A stretch of 63,473 bases of DNA, filler included, from an uncultured Methanosarcinales archaeon (GTDB lineage: Archaea > Nanobdellota > Nanobdellia > Woesearchaeales > CAXGTL01): NCBI GenBank assembly GCA_964535955.1. It is 7 parts of 6 records of this genome, joined end to end, with 100 filler letters (N's around TTAATTAATTAA, not from the genome) between each part and the next. Parts side by side here need not be neighbours in the genome. Positions count along the whole stretch, not along the records: positions 29,068 to 54,752 come from CAZHVK010000017.1; positions 54,853 to 63,473 come from CAZHVK010000020.1; 5 more parts are not named here. One strand, given 5' to 3'. Under the pieces are notes generated by a model. It was not told where the DNA came from and did not search any database. It saw nothing but the letters and a program-made list of their open reading frames with translations. The position numbers were made by a program, and so were the translations under genes. Positions 49,288 through 60,261 of this stretch are shown in pieces (position 1 is the first letter of the stretch; each line of letters opens with the position of its first letter).

Positions 49288-50091
49288 CTATTCACCAAAA
49301 ACCCTAGCTCTTATTCTATAATAAGAACCTTTGATAAAACTCTTTGCACAACCTAACATTCCAACAGTAGTACCAACAAACATCATCTCTCTTTGATTAA
49401 AATCACCAACATGTTCATGCATTGAATAAGAAAGATATTCTTGTATTGGTTCTATTTGTTGTAATATGTAATGACTTAATTCAAGTGTTTTTTCAATAGG
49501 ATTAATAGCAACAAGATCAACAATATTATTACCAGCATCTAATAAAAGAGAACTAGCCCAGCAAAAAGCAGTTCCTACAACAACTTTTCTTATTGTCTTT
49601 GATATAGGTTTTTTAGTTATTTCTATACAATCACAATAAAGTGATTCAGCAACATTTTTATAATAATTAGCATAATTCTTTGCATGATTTTTAAAATCAA
49701 TACCTTCTTTAGGTTCATATTCATGAAACTGGCCTATTTTTTCATAATAAGCAGCTGATTGTTTTTCATCTTTAACTTTTTCTTTAGCATCTTCACTCTT
49801 TGATTTAATCAAATTCATAAGAGGCATCAAAACACAAAACTTCAAACCAAGATAATAAACCATTGCATATTCAGCTGTCTGTGTTGCAATACTTTGATCA
49901 CCGCCTATAACATAACCAGTTAAATAACCAGCTAATCCATATTCAGCAAGACTATATAATGATTTTCCAAATCCTGTAATTTTAGATAAAATTCCATCTT
50001 TTTTAGTATCTTCAATAACATCATCAAGAATATGAGTTAAACCATTTGATTCTTTTCTTGTTCCTTCTCCTCTTACATCTTGAATTATCAT
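49288..50091 (-). CDS. Hypothetical membrane-associated protein
   Basis: Long ORF coupled to the metalloprotease gene; hydrophobic segments. Confidence 0.65.
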   Translation of the reverse strand: MIIQDVRGEGTRKESNGLTHILDDVIEDTKKDGILSKITGFGKSLYSLAEYGLAGYLTGYVIGGDQSIATQTAEYAMVYYLGLKFCVLMPLMNLIKSKSEDAKEKVKDEKQSAAYYEKIGQFHEYEPKEGIDFKNHAKNYANYYKNVAESLYCDCIEITKKPISKTIRKVVVGTAFCWASSLLLDAGNNIVDLVAINPIEKTLELSHYILQQIEPIQEYLSYSMHEHVGDFNQREMMFVGTTVGMLGCAKSFIKGSYYRIRARVFGE

Positions 50092-50092
50092 T

Positions 50093-50848
50093 TTAACCAA
50101 ACACCCCATGCAAACCATTCTCATCTAGATTATAAAGATCATTAACAGCTTGCCTTCCTTTTCTTTTATAATAATTTTCAACTATGTTTTTCCCTTTAGA
50201 ATATTGTTTAAATTTATCCATACTACCTCCTGCAATACATACAAATGCAAAAAGCACTCCAAATAATTTTGTTAAACCAGAAGTTTTATTTTCAGCATTT
50301 TGATAATATATTTTTTTTAATTGTTCTTGTACAAAACTTGCATCACCTTCAAGCAATGTCATCAAAGACTGAACATATTTCTTTGCTCTTGGATCTTCAT
50401 CACCATCAATATCATATGCATTTTTTCCATGCATTCTCCTTGACAAAGAACAATATACATCAGCAAACTCAGGATTATTAATATATTGGCACCTATGTAC
50501 TAATTCATGTCCTAATATTGCTGTTAAACCACTTTCATTAGCACTATATACAAAATTATCACCCATGACAATCAATGTTTGTGTTATTGGTTCATATTGG
50601 CCCATGACAATAAAAGGAAGAATATTCTTAACAATAAAGAGACCTGTTTTACCATCTTTTGTCTTTGGAACAGTATCAATACCCATTCCATTAAAAAGAG
50701 GATCAATACAATATTTTACATACTTTTTTCTAGGAACAATCTTAACATTTAAGCTTGATAGAACAGGATCCCAACCAGTTAATTTCTCAACCTTTGGTGC
50801 AACATCATTCAACATCCTCTCAACTGATTTTTCACTTATAATGACCAT
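50093..50848 (-). CDS. Zinc-dependent metalloprotease (zincin)
   Basis: HELVHRCQ plus downstream MTLLEGDA..V and QY..G. Confidence 0.8.
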   Translation of the reverse strand: MVIISEKSVERMLNDVAPKVEKLTGWDPVLSSLNVKIVPRKKYVKYCIDPLFNGMGIDTVPKTKDGKTGLFIVKNILPFIVMGQYEPITQTLIVMGDNFVYSANESGLTAILGHELVHRCQYINNPEFADVYCSLSRRMHGKNAYDIDGDEDPRAKKYVQSLMTLLEGDASFVQEQLKKIYYQNAENKTSGLTKLFGVLFAFVCIAGGSMDKFKQYSKGKNIVENYYKRKGRQAVNDLYNLDENGLHGVFG

Positions 50849-50951
50849 ATATAGAATAGAGATTTTTATCTATATTTAAACCTTTCTGTTTGTTACTCCT
50901 TGAAAGAGGTTACAGATTAATAAGGTGAAAACAGTAAACTTTATATATTTC

Positions 50952-51058
50952 TACATACTAAATAAGTAAAAGTATGTAATAGTATGTAAAAAACATAATT
51001 ACCAAAAACAAAACATTTATATATTACTGAGTATGTAAATATGTGTACCAGTATGTAA
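50952..51058. promoter_or_regulatory. Five AGTATGTA sites around the RHH gene promoter
   Basis: 50952 (inverted), 50971, 50981, 51030, 51050; TTTATATA at 51016. Confidence 0.6.
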
Positions 51059-51084
51059 TTTTAAACAAAAATAGAGCAAATAAT

Positions 51085-51252
51085 ATGAAAAAAGAAAGGA
51101 TTACCATTACAATCGACAAAAAACTTCTAGATTGGATAGATGAAAAAATCAAAGAAAAAGTATTTGCAAATAGGTCTCATGCTATGGAATTCCTAATCAA
51201 ACAACAAGAATTAAAAGAAAAAAAGCATAAAGGCCATCATTATATTGGTTAA
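51085..51252 (+). CDS. CopG/ribbon-helix-helix regulator
   Basis: RITITID..LL.WID.......FANRSHA.E. Confidence 0.85.
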   Translation: MKKERITITIDKKLLDWIDEKIKEKVFANRSHAMEFLIKQQELKEKKHKGHHYIG

Positions 51253-51255
51253 GAG

Positions 51256-51708
51256 GTGTTAAAATTGACAAAATCAAAAAAAACAACAAGGAGGAGCAGT
51301 CCACCAAAAACTATAGGCTTTTTCAAAAAGCTCAAGTGGATTTTTACAAGCAACCCTAAACACGAAATCAGTAAAAAACAGTTCCATCTAGACCTCAGAA
51401 AAAGAGAGATAAAAGCAATGGAAAGAGGACTAAAGACAAATGTAGACAAATTACATGACCACACCATAAAACTAGCAAAATTACAAAAACATATCTTTAC
51501 AAACCACGAACAGACATATAAAGAATTAGAAGAATTAAAAGAATTTCATCAAGAAAAAAAAGAAATAGAACATGTTTTAGTAAAACTAAACCATTTATTA
51601 GGTCACATACCAGATGAAATAGCAGAAGAATTTTCAGATTCTAAAGATTTCCAAAAATTCAAAAGAATAATGGCAAAATATATTGATGAATATAAACATA
51701 TAGAATGA
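51256..51708 (+). CDS. Hypothetical protein
   Basis: 150-aa ORF in operon with RHH and mat. Confidence 0.65.
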   Translation: MLKLTKSKKTTRRSSPPKTIGFFKKLKWIFTSNPKHEISKKQFHLDLRKREIKAMERGLKTNVDKLHDHTIKLAKLQKHIFTNHEQTYKELEELKEFHQEKKEIEHVLVKLNHLLGHIPDEIAEEFSDSKDFQKFKRIMAKYIDEYKHIE

Positions 51709-52769
51709 TCATTATAAAAAAACAAAGACAATCAATTGAAAAACAAAAAATAGAAGTAGTTGAACTAAAAGGAAGAGGACATCCAGATACTATTTGTGAT
51801 GACATATGCGAAATAGCATCTCATGAACTTTCTAAATATTATAAAAAACATTTTAAAAAGATCTTGCACCACAATGTTGATAAATGTCTATTAGTAGCAG
51901 GCCAGTCATTAGCAAAATTCAAAAAAGGAAAAATAAAATATCCAATAAAAATAATTCTTGCAGGAAGAGCAACATCAAAAACAGGAAAAAAAAGAATCCC
52001 AGTAAAAAGTGTAATAACAAAAGCAGTTAAAAAATATTTAAAACAATTTCTATTAGCAAAGTTCAAACTTGAACTAGAGATACAGCAAGGAGCTTCTAAT
52101 TTGATTTTAGTACCTAAAAAAAGAGTAGCAAATGACACAAGCATTGGCTGTGGCCATTATCCATTCTCAAGATTAGAAAAAACAGTAAAAAGAGTTCACA
52201 ACTACCTACAGAATCTAGGTAGAAAGGAAATTGGTAAGGATATAAAGATAATGGGTATAAGACATAATAATGAAATACAGTTAATAATTGCAATTGCTTT
52301 TGTTTCAAAATATATTAAAGACATGTACAATTACATAGACATTAAAGAAGAATTAATAAAAAGAATTAAAAGAAAATTCAAAGTAAAAGCAGAGATAAAC
52401 ACACTTGACAATTATAAAGATCCTGGTTCAATTTATTTAACAGTCTCAGGTTTAAGTGCTGAAAATGGTGATGATGGTGGTGCTGGCCGTGGAAACAGAT
52501 ACAATGGTTTGATAACACCTCACAGAATGATGTCAATTGAATCTGTTGCAGGAAAAAACATTTTTCATCCAGGCAAAACATATCAAATGATTGCAGAAAA
52601 AATAGCAAAAGATATTGTGAAATTAGGTGCAAAACAAGCAGAAGTAGAACTTGTTTCAGAAATAGGCAAACCATTATCAGAACCAAAACTAGTCTTTGTA
52701 AAAATAGTTGGAAGAAAAAGAACAAGAAGAATCAAGAAAATAATTAAACACAATTTAAAAAGATTGTAG
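51705..52769 (+). CDS. mat: Archaeal-type S-adenosylmethionine synthetase
   Basis: KGRGHPDTICD, HHNVDK, ANDTS, D.KIMG.R, GDDG..GRGNR, AGKN..HPGK.Y. Confidence 0.93.
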   Translation: MIIIKKQRQSIEKQKIEVVELKGRGHPDTICDDICEIASHELSKYYKKHFKKILHHNVDKCLLVAGQSLAKFKKGKIKYPIKIILAGRATSKTGKKRIPVKSVITKAVKKYLKQFLLAKFKLELEIQQGASNLILVPKKRVANDTSIGCGHYPFSRLEKTVKRVHNYLQNLGRKEIGKDIKIMGIRHNNEIQLIIAIAFVSKYIKDMYNYIDIKEELIKRIKRKFKVKAEINTLDNYKDPGSIYLTVSGLSAENGDDGGAGRGNRYNGLITPHRMMSIESVAGKNIFHPGKTYQMIAEKIAKDIVKLGAKQAEVELVSEIGKPLSEPKLVFVKIVGRKRTRRIKKIIKHNLKRL

Positions 52770-52777
52770 GGGGCATA

Positions 52778-54478
52778 ATGCTATCTAACCAAGAAATAGC
52801 AGAAATATTATTTAATATAGCTGATATTCTCGAAATACAAGGAGTTAAATTCAAGCCACAAGCATATAGAAAAGCTGGGAGGCAGATAGAATCAATAAGC
52901 AAACACCTTAGAGAGATTTACAAAAAAGATGGATTAAAAGGATTGGACAATATACCAGGTGTTGGAAAAAACATATCATTAAAGATAGAAGAACTTCTTA
53001 AAACAGGAAAACTCAAATATTTTACAAAAATAAAAAAACAATTACCAAAAGGAATCTATAAATTAATGGATATACCAGGCATTGGCCCGAAAAAAGTAGC
53101 AAAATTGTATAAAGAACTTAAGATCAAAAACACAACAGACCTAAAAAAAGCAATCAAAAAACACAAGATAGCACAACTAAAAGGTTTTGGTGAAAAAACA
53201 GAACAAGAGATTCTAGAAGGTTTGAAACTAAGAACAAAAAGACAGCAAAGAATTCTGCTTGGTGAAGCATATCCAATTGCATATAACATTTCTCAAGAAT
53301 TATTAAAACTAAAATTCATAGAAAGAGTCAATATTGTTGGATCAGTAGGCAGGATGAAAGAGACTATTGGTGATATAGACATCTTATGTATTAGTAAAAA
53401 ACCAAAACAAGTTATGAATGCATTCGCATCACTTGGTAAAAAGATATTAATGAAAGGTAAAACAAAATCATCTATAATCATAGAAGATAATATTCAAGTC
53501 GATCTACGTGTTTTACCTAAAAAACAATATGGTTCTTCATTACAATATTTTATGGGTTCAAAAGAACATGGTGTAAGAGTAAGACAGATTGCAATGAAGA
53601 AAGACTATAAATTATCAGAATATGGTTTATTCACAAGAAAAGGCAAACTCATAGAAAGCAAAGATGAAAAAAAAATTTACAATAAACTAGGTCTGCAATG
53701 GGTCCCATATGAACTAAGAGAAAATACAGGAGAGATAGAAACTGCAATGAAAAATAAGTTACCAAAACTGATTAAGTACAATGACATAAAAGCAGATCTT
53801 CACATGCATTCCAATTACAGTGATGGAAGAAATACTATAAAAGAAATGGCTGAATACTGTAAAAACCTAACATATGGATACTGCGCAATAGCAGACCATT
53901 CACAATCATTAAAGATCTCAAGAGGTTTAGAACCAAAAAGATTATTAAAACAGATAAAAGAGATAACAAAACTAAACAAATCATTCTCAAAGTTCAAGAT
54001 TTTTAAAAATTGTGAAGTAGATATCAAAGGCGATGGGAGTTTGGATTATAAAAACAATATTCTATCCAAATTAGACCTAGTGACTACTTCTATACATTCT
54101 GGCTTTAAGAAAGACAACACCCCCCGGTTGTTAAAAGCCATGGATAACCGATATACAAAAGTTATTGGTCATCCTACTGGTCGTTTAATATACACCAGAA
54201 ACCCCTACCAACTAAACATTGAAAAAGTATTTGAAAAAGCTAGGGACAATGATATTTGGATAGAGATCAATGCACACCCCCATCGCCTTGATATTAAAGA
54301 TGTTTATATTAAGAAAGCAGTTGAAATGAAAGTTAAGATGGTTATTAGCACAGACGCTCATAATGTATATGGTCTAGACAACATGATGTATGGCATTGCT
54401 CAGGCAAGAAGAGGTTGGGCTAGTAAGAAAGATATTGTTAATACATTGAGTTTGAGGAAATTTGAGAAATTATTGTAA
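52778..54478 (+). CDS. polX: Family X DNA polymerase with PHP domain
   Basis: HhH motifs, GS..R.KETIGDIDIL, VDLRV, DLHMHS..SDG, HPTGR, STDAH. Confidence 0.96.
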   Translation: MLSNQEIAEILFNIADILEIQGVKFKPQAYRKAGRQIESISKHLREIYKKDGLKGLDNIPGVGKNISLKIEELLKTGKLKYFTKIKKQLPKGIYKLMDIPGIGPKKVAKLYKELKIKNTTDLKKAIKKHKIAQLKGFGEKTEQEILEGLKLRTKRQQRILLGEAYPIAYNISQELLKLKFIERVNIVGSVGRMKETIGDIDILCISKKPKQVMNAFASLGKKILMKGKTKSSIIIEDNIQVDLRVLPKKQYGSSLQYFMGSKEHGVRVRQIAMKKDYKLSEYGLFTRKGKLIESKDEKKIYNKLGLQWVPYELRENTGEIETAMKNKLPKLIKYNDIKADLHMHSNYSDGRNTIKEMAEYCKNLTYGYCAIADHSQSLKISRGLEPKRLLKQIKEITKLNKSFSKFKIFKNCEVDIKGDGSLDYKNNILSKLDLVTTSIHSGFKKDNTPRLLKAMDNRYTKVIGHPTGRLIYTRNPYQLNIEKVFEKARDNDIWIEINAHPHRLDIKDVYIKKAVEMKVKMVISTDAHNVYGLDNMMYGIAQARRGWASKKDIVNTLSLRKFEKLL

Positions 54479-54480
54479 AG

Positions 54481-54752
54481 TTATTTACCCTTCCTAACAA
54501 TCTCCTTAACTTCTTCTTCATGAGAACCATTTCCATTCTCTGCTCTAACTAAATAATAAAGAAATTCTTTGTACACTCTGCAAGGCTTGAACTTCATCTT
54601 AAACCTTAACAAAGACTTGTCACTTCCGCCAAAATGTGCATATTCAAAACCCATTGCTTTTATTGCACTAAGATCATCAACATTACTAAATTCTCCTAAA
54701 CCATCATGCTTAAAATTAGTCACACCAAGAGATGAATAATACATATTAGAAT
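54481..54752 (-). CDS. 3' part of a GNAT/DUF2156-like protein, 5'-truncated
   Basis: GL.EF...G.EY..FGG....L..FK.KF.P pattern. Confidence 0.5.
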
Positions 54753-54852
54753 NNNNNNNNNNNNNNNNNNNNNNNNNNNNNNNNNNNNNNNNNNNNTTAA
54801 TTAATTAANNNNNNNNNNNNNNNNNNNNNNNNNNNNNNNNNNNNNNNNNNNN
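54753..54852. other. Artificial contig spacer
   Basis: N-run with TTAATTAATTAA. Confidence 0.98.
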
Positions 54853-55917
54853 AACCACCACCTTTAACAATTCTGAATCAGTAAAACCATTATCATCAGC
54901 AACCTTGATATTAAAATCATATGTGCCTGTGAAATCAGGTTTAAATGTGATTAAACCTGTTATAGAATCTATAGAAAGTAAAGTGGAGTCTGAACTAAAA
55001 GTCAACTCATCCTCGTCAAAGTCCAATGCATATGGTTGTAATTCCAGTGTTTGGCCTAACCTAACTGTTTGTGTAGGAAAACTAAACAAGTCTGGAGGAG
55101 AATTGTCCTTAAAAAGAGCAGCAAACATAAAAGAAGAATCAACACCTTTAAACTTTATCTCAGGATCTTTTAAACGATAAACAATTGTCTTTTCATCTAT
55201 GTGGATGACTTCGACATCTAAGCCAAGGGATTCTAGATAACCAATGTCTATCCAATTAGGATCTTCAACAGTGTGATCAATTATGTCTGAAGCAGTGTCT
55301 AGTAACAAACCCAAACTTATATCTTTTTTAACTGAAAAATCATTTATTATTTCTTGTTTATCACCAATTGTCAATGTTAATGGATAGTCAGCATTGACTA
55401 ATACATATTCATCACTGATCTCTGTATCAATATTTAGTACACCTAATGATATATCTTGTTTATTAAGGATTTCTGAGTCTTGTAAACATTTAGGTAGATT
55501 GTCCTTGATATAAACAGAAATTTCTTCATCTTCTATTTCTTCAAATGTTGGCATAAGATTCACACCTAAATAATAATCATAAGCAATATTATAATTTTCC
55601 TTAACCAACCCAAGTTGAGGCTTATACACATAACCACCTTGTAATGAGACAAATTCAAGTGCATTTATTAATTGTCTTTCCATACAACTTTCTACATATT
55701 GTCTGATAACAGATTGTTTATCTTCTAATAATAATAATGCGTCACCATCATTCATCTCTGTTCTTCTCATACTTAGAAAGAATAAAAAAGCAGCAATAAT
55801 AACTATAACAATACCAATTACAATAAACACTGTTAATTGTGCTTTTTTTTGCTTGCAAAAAAAGCTAGCAAATCTATTTGATTTGCTTTGTTTTCTTCCA
55901 CCCACTTTTTTATACAT
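54853..55917 (-). CDS. Class III signal-peptide (pilin-like) protein with C-terminal Ig/cadherin-like domain; continues at 11623
   Basis: KKAQ-LTVFIVIGIV, YVESC..QGGY, N.PP...D.DEDELTF. Confidence 0.8.
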
Positions 55918-55992
55918 ATATATATGTTTATGAGGTTTATATATATAAAGGTTTTTATAATTAGAATATTTTTTTAGAAATAACTAACTAGA

Positions 55993-57639
55993 TTATTTAC
56001 CACGGCCAAAAAGTATTTTGCATCCAACATTTACTCCACAATTATTATTTGAATCTATTGTAACTGCAGCAAAAAGTAAACTTCCCTGTTTACCTTTTTG
56101 TTCAATATAAGCTCCTAATCTAAGATTTCCATTTTCATCACTTATTAAAGCCCCTCTATAAGTTTTACCACCTTGTTCATGTGCATATGAAAAACCACCT
56201 GCACCTCCATGTTTGCCAAGAGAAACTGTTACACCTAAATTATCATTTAATTTTTCAGAAAATGTAGTATACCTGCTAATACCTCCTGGAAGATCTGAGC
56301 TAGTTATTGTTGCTGCACTTCTTGCCTGAGATCTTAACTGGTTAAATCTTGCTTGTCCACGTGCACGATCAAATAACATTCTTTGATTTGAATTAGGATC
56401 CATGTTTTCTAAATGCATGCTTGCATCTCCATATAAATTGCCATTAAAGTTTAGAGAAGGCATGTCTAGTCCTATATCTTTACCACCTGCATGAACATCA
56501 ACACGAGAATCTTTAAGACCAAGTCCAATTCTTGCTTCACCAGTGTTACGGTTGAAGGATCCACTTACTTTAACACCCTCAACAGTTGCTTCTGCTTTGC
56601 TAGCATAAAATCTTTCAATTTGAGACTCAGTAACTCCCCCTCTTGAATCAAAATGAATTGGTTCTGTGCCTGCTGTTAAAATAAAAGGTGATTTTTCTTC
56701 TCGCTGATCAACAGGAACATCAGGTGAATGAGAAACAATCTCAACATCACCAGACACATCATAACTTCCATCTGGTTTAACAAGAATTTGATAATTATTA
56801 CCATCAAAACGATTGTTCCATGTGCCTGCATATCCATTTAAATTACAAACAATATTACCATCTTGATCTTTTTCAACTCTTCCTGTAAATTCACTGCCAC
56901 TTATTGAACCTAATGAAAATTTTTCACCAAATGCAGTAAACCCTTTTTTATTTATCTCATATTCTGTTCCTTCAAGATCTGGGTAATAAATTCCATTTAC
57001 ACTAAAGCCTCCGTCTGCAAGTGCTCGTACATTATCTTCTTCAGTAAATTTGCTAGGATCAATTGTTACACCTTTATTTTTAAGATCTCCAAAATGATCA
57101 TATTCCAGTCCTTCAATATTTCCAACAAGGTCTACATTAGGAAATTTTTCACCAAAATCTATTTTAAATAATCCATACTTAAGAACAATCACTTTTACAT
57201 CTCCGCCTCTTAGCTTTGTCAAGTCAACCTCCCCATTGTTGTTCTTAATCTTTCCATCAGCAGTGTATTGCAAATCTTTTACACTTATCTCAAGATTGAC
57301 AATTATATCATTCTCAACCTCAAGGTCAAAACCTTTTGTTTCAAGAGGAACAATTGTTACTGTCTTTTTTAGACCACTGAGGTCAAGTGCAATGTCTTTG
57401 TTTACAAGCTGACCTTTGTTTGTGTATTCTAATGGTTTTATTTCACCATATTCAATAGAGATAATTTGACCATATGTCTCTCTAACAAAGTCTTGAAATT
57501 CTCCTTTATGTTCAGTAACATCTGCATAACCCTCTGAAAAATCTATCTCTTGTTCTGAATCGTCTTGTGCAATAGAAGTAAAACTAATTATCATAATTAG
57601 AATCAATACAAAGATTGTTAGTATTGTTTTTGTTTTCAT
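55993..57639 (-). CDS. Secreted hypothetical protein with internal ~45-aa repeats
   Basis: Signal peptide; L.Y...G.L.N....DL..L repeats; beta-rich C-terminus. Confidence 0.75.
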   Translation of the reverse strand: MKTKTILTIFVLILIMIISFTSIAQDDSEQEIDFSEGYADVTEHKGEFQDFVRETYGQIISIEYGEIKPLEYTNKGQLVNKDIALDLSGLKKTVTIVPLETKGFDLEVENDIIVNLEISVKDLQYTADGKIKNNNGEVDLTKLRGGDVKVIVLKYGLFKIDFGEKFPNVDLVGNIEGLEYDHFGDLKNKGVTIDPSKFTEEDNVRALADGGFSVNGIYYPDLEGTEYEINKKGFTAFGEKFSLGSISGSEFTGRVEKDQDGNIVCNLNGYAGTWNNRFDGNNYQILVKPDGSYDVSGDVEIVSHSPDVPVDQREEKSPFILTAGTEPIHFDSRGGVTESQIERFYASKAEATVEGVKVSGSFNRNTGEARIGLGLKDSRVDVHAGGKDIGLDMPSLNFNGNLYGDASMHLENMDPNSNQRMLFDRARGQARFNQLRSQARSAATITSSDLPGGISRYTTFSEKLNDNLGVTVSLGKHGGAGGFSYAHEQGGKTYRGALISDENGNLRLGAYIEQKGKQGSLLFAAVTIDSNNNCGVNVGCKILFGRGK

Positions 57640-57687
57640 TTTGTTTGTTTATTTTGATATTTTTTTTGTTTTTCTTTTTTTATTTTT

Positions 57688-57800
57688 AGTGTGTGCATGG
57701 TTCGTTCGTACTTTCCATTTGCAGTTACATTGCATGGAAAGCCCTTGTTGTTTTACAACTTGCATGGGTACTCTCTGGCCTTACAGGCACCATGCACACT
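57688..57800 (-). repeat. Family A element, copy 5
   Basis: Minus strand: agtgtgcatggt-gcctGTAaggc-caGAGAgtac...gttgtaaaacaac..agggctttcca..tggaaag-tacGAACga-accatgcacac. Confidence 0.85.
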
Positions 57801-57806
57801 TTTTTT

Positions 57807-58547
57807 TTACTCAAACTTCATTGCAAATATAAACATAAATGGTTCGTCTAAAACTTCTGATTCAAGGTCTTTGATAAAATATACAAGGTCGTTATCATTA
57901 TTGTCAGGAACCATTGAAATATTATAACCAGGTCTTAGATAAAAATAAATATCTAAAAGATCAGGATCTTGGGATTGTTTTTCAACAATCTCTTTTACAA
58001 GTGACTGTGTTTGTTTTAGGTTGATGTCATGTGATGATGAAAATTCATTAATTGTTGTTGTTTCGTCATTGTTCTTTATTATGATTGGCCAGTCAATGTC
58101 AACCAAAACTTTATTTGAACCTATCTGTGTTGTTGTTTTTATCTCACCCACCTTTATGTCATGGAATTCAAATATCTCTAGTGAGCATTCTGTTGGCAAT
58201 GTATTGTCCATGTAAAATGATATACTGTGTTCTAGATCATCTATAGTCGGTGAAAGGTTTTTGTCAATATAATACAAATAACTTGTATCAAAAAAATCAC
58301 CTGAATAAACATGTTCTGGCTCCATATAACCACCATGAATACCTAGTTTAAATATTGCTATGGGTAATTGTTTGTCAACACAGTCCTGGACAAATGATTG
58401 TATTGGTTTTGTGTTTGTTGTTGTTTGTACTTGTGTAAATGTTTTTGATTCTGCTGATCCTGAGGAAAGGAAAAAAAATAAGATAGAAATGATTACTAAT
58501 AATAATCCAATTATGATAAATATACTTATCTGAGCTCTTTTTTTCAT
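57807..58547 (-). CDS. Class III signal-peptide (pilin-like) protein, paralog of 54853-55917
   Basis: MKKRAQ-ISIFIIIG, FVQDC..HGGY, F.FA C-terminus. Confidence 0.8.
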   Translation of the reverse strand: MKKRAQISIFIIIGLLLVIISILFFFLSSGSAESKTFTQVQTTTNTKPIQSFVQDCVDKQLPIAIFKLGIHGGYMEPEHVYSGDFFDTSYLYYIDKNLSPTIDDLEHSISFYMDNTLPTECSLEIFEFHDIKVGEIKTTTQIGSNKVLVDIDWPIIIKNNDETTTINEFSSSHDINLKQTQSLVKEIVEKQSQDPDLLDIYFYLRPGYNISMVPDNNDNDLVYFIKDLESEVLDEPFMFIFAMKFE

Positions 58548-58601
58548 GTTATGTTTAGATTTAGGGGGTATATATATATAAATGTTATTGTATTTAGAAG
58601 T

Positions 58602-59339
58602 TTATTTCTTTGCTGCTGGTGGAGCACCACCTGGCGCTGCTACAACTTCAACAGGTAATTTCTCATCAATGATCTTTTGTGGTATCTTTGCTTCAACCAT
58701 CTTTGTCTTGATCTGGCCACGAGGTTTGCCTTCCATTGATTTCATGATTTCTTCTGCTTTCTTTTCAAATATTTCTCTTTGTTTTTCTATCTGTTCTGCT
58801 AATCTTTTCTTTTCTTCTTCTAATTCTTTCATTTCTTCTGCACTTATCTCTGTTTTTTCTTCTTTGATCTCTTGATCAAATTTGCCTTCTGAGACTAATT
58901 TTAATGCGTCTTGCGCAGGAACTCCTTCAACCAACATACCCATTGATTGACATGTGCCAATTATTTCTCTAACTTTGTTTTTAAGATCTTTGCCTAATAA
59001 TGCATCTTCTTTCATCTTTGCAATCTTGATAATCTGTTCTATCTTTAGATCTGCAACTTTTTCTGTTAATGGATTAGAAGCACCTTTTTTTATACCAGCT
59101 TCTTTTTTAATTAGTGCTGATGCAGGAGGTGTGCCTACTTCTATTTCAAATGATTTTGTTTCAGTATTAACTATAACTTTAATTGGTACTTGCATTCCTT
59201 GAAAAGAAGCTGTTTTTTTATTGATTTCTTGTACAACTTGGCCTATGTTTAATCCTAATGGACCTAGTGCAGGACCTAGTGGAGGTGCTGCTGTAGCTTT
59301 GCCACCTTGAATCAATGCTTCTACTGTTTCAGTTGCCAT
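58602..59339 (-). CDS. rpl11: 50S ribosomal protein uL11 with C-terminal extension
   Basis: GGKATAAPPLGPALGP, GTPPASALI, IGTC.SMG. Confidence 0.96.
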   Translation of the reverse strand: MATETVEALIQGGKATAAPPLGPALGPLGLNIGQVVQEINKKTASFQGMQVPIKVIVNTETKSFEIEVGTPPASALIKKEAGIKKGASNPLTEKVADLKIEQIIKIAKMKEDALLGKDLKNKVREIIGTCQSMGMLVEGVPAQDALKLVSEGKFDQEIKEEKTEISAEEMKELEEEKKRLAEQIEKQREIFEKKAEEIMKSMEGKPRGQIKTKMVEAKIPQKIIDEKLPVEVVAAPGGAPPAAKK

Positions 59340-59396
59340 GATAGTATTTGAAAACTTACTCCTATTTAAAAAGATTTCGTATTTTTTAAGCTAAAT

Positions 59397-60227
59397 CTAA
59401 TTAAATTTCTTATTTCCTAGTTGTTTAATATGTTTATTTTCAACCAAAATCTTCATCTGAGATATCGCAATTTCATTTAGCTTGATCAATCTATCATGTT
59501 GGTTTATTCCTTTTTTAATAAATAAAGAGTTAAAGTTTTCAAGATTAGATAAACAAACTAATTGAGAAACATTTGCATAATCTCTTATATTTCCCTTTTT
59601 TTTAGGATTATCAATCCTCCATTCTTTAGCAGTAATTCCAAACAAAGCAACATTTAAAACATCTGCTTCAGAAGCATAGATTTGTTTTTCTTGTTTTTTA
59701 GTAATCTTCTTAGGTATTAAATTATTCTTGATTGCATCAGTATGTATATTATAATTTATTTTTGCAAGTTCTCTTTTTACATTCCAGCCAAGATGTTTTT
59801 TTTTATTTTCTTCTAATTTTAATCTTTGAAATTCCTTGATTAAATATAACTTGAATTCAACAGAAATCCAAGATGCAAACTCAAAAGCAATGTCTTTATG
59901 AGCATAAGTGCCGCCATATCTTCCTGGTTTTGAAATAATGCCTTGAGCATTTGTTTTTTTATTCCATTGCTTTACAGTAAGAACGAAACTGTTTAGTCCT
60001 GCTTGTTTTCTAAACCCATCGAATTCGATGGGATTAAAATTAGGATTATTTATACTTTCCCAAATTCCTAGAAATTCTATTGTATTTCTGTTTCTAAGCC
60101 AATTTTGGATTATATAATCACTTCTAATAGGGTCTTTATATCTTGCAATATCTGTTAAAGAGATATAATCTTCTTGTTTTTTAGAAAATAAACAAATTTC
60201 AGTTCCTTTGACATTAATTTTAGTCAT
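59397..60227 (-). CDS. KilA-N domain protein
   Basis: DYISLTDIA, NWLRNRNTIEFLG.WE, GRYGGTYAHKDIAFEFASW, NY.IHTDAIK, ASEADVLN. Confidence 0.93.
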   Translation of the reverse strand: MTKINVKGTEICLFSKKQEDYISLTDIARYKDPIRSDYIIQNWLRNRNTIEFLGIWESINNPNFNPIEFDGFRKQAGLNSFVLTVKQWNKKTNAQGIISKPGRYGGTYAHKDIAFEFASWISVEFKLYLIKEFQRLKLEENKKKHLGWNVKRELAKINYNIHTDAIKNNLIPKKITKKQEKQIYASEADVLNVALFGITAKEWRIDNPKKKGNIRDYANVSQLVCLSNLENFNSLFIKKGINQHDRLIKLNEIAISQMKILVENKHIKQLGNKKFN

Positions 60228-60261
60228 ACATATCACCTCATATATATAATAATCATCCTCA

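Noticed and set aside
50971..51058. AGTATGT shared between the RHH promoter sites and family A termini
   Set aside because: A 7-bp match only; family A termini vary freely with compensation, so a link is unsupported.
3302..54852. Recurring TTAATTAATTAA within N-runs as a biological repeat
   Set aside because: Identical 100-nt all-frame-stop linkers are concatenation artefacts; adjacency across them is not meaningful.
58602..58850. uL11 C-terminal extension as a fusion or frameshift
   Set aside because: It is a continuous in-frame charged helical tail with no recognisable second domain.
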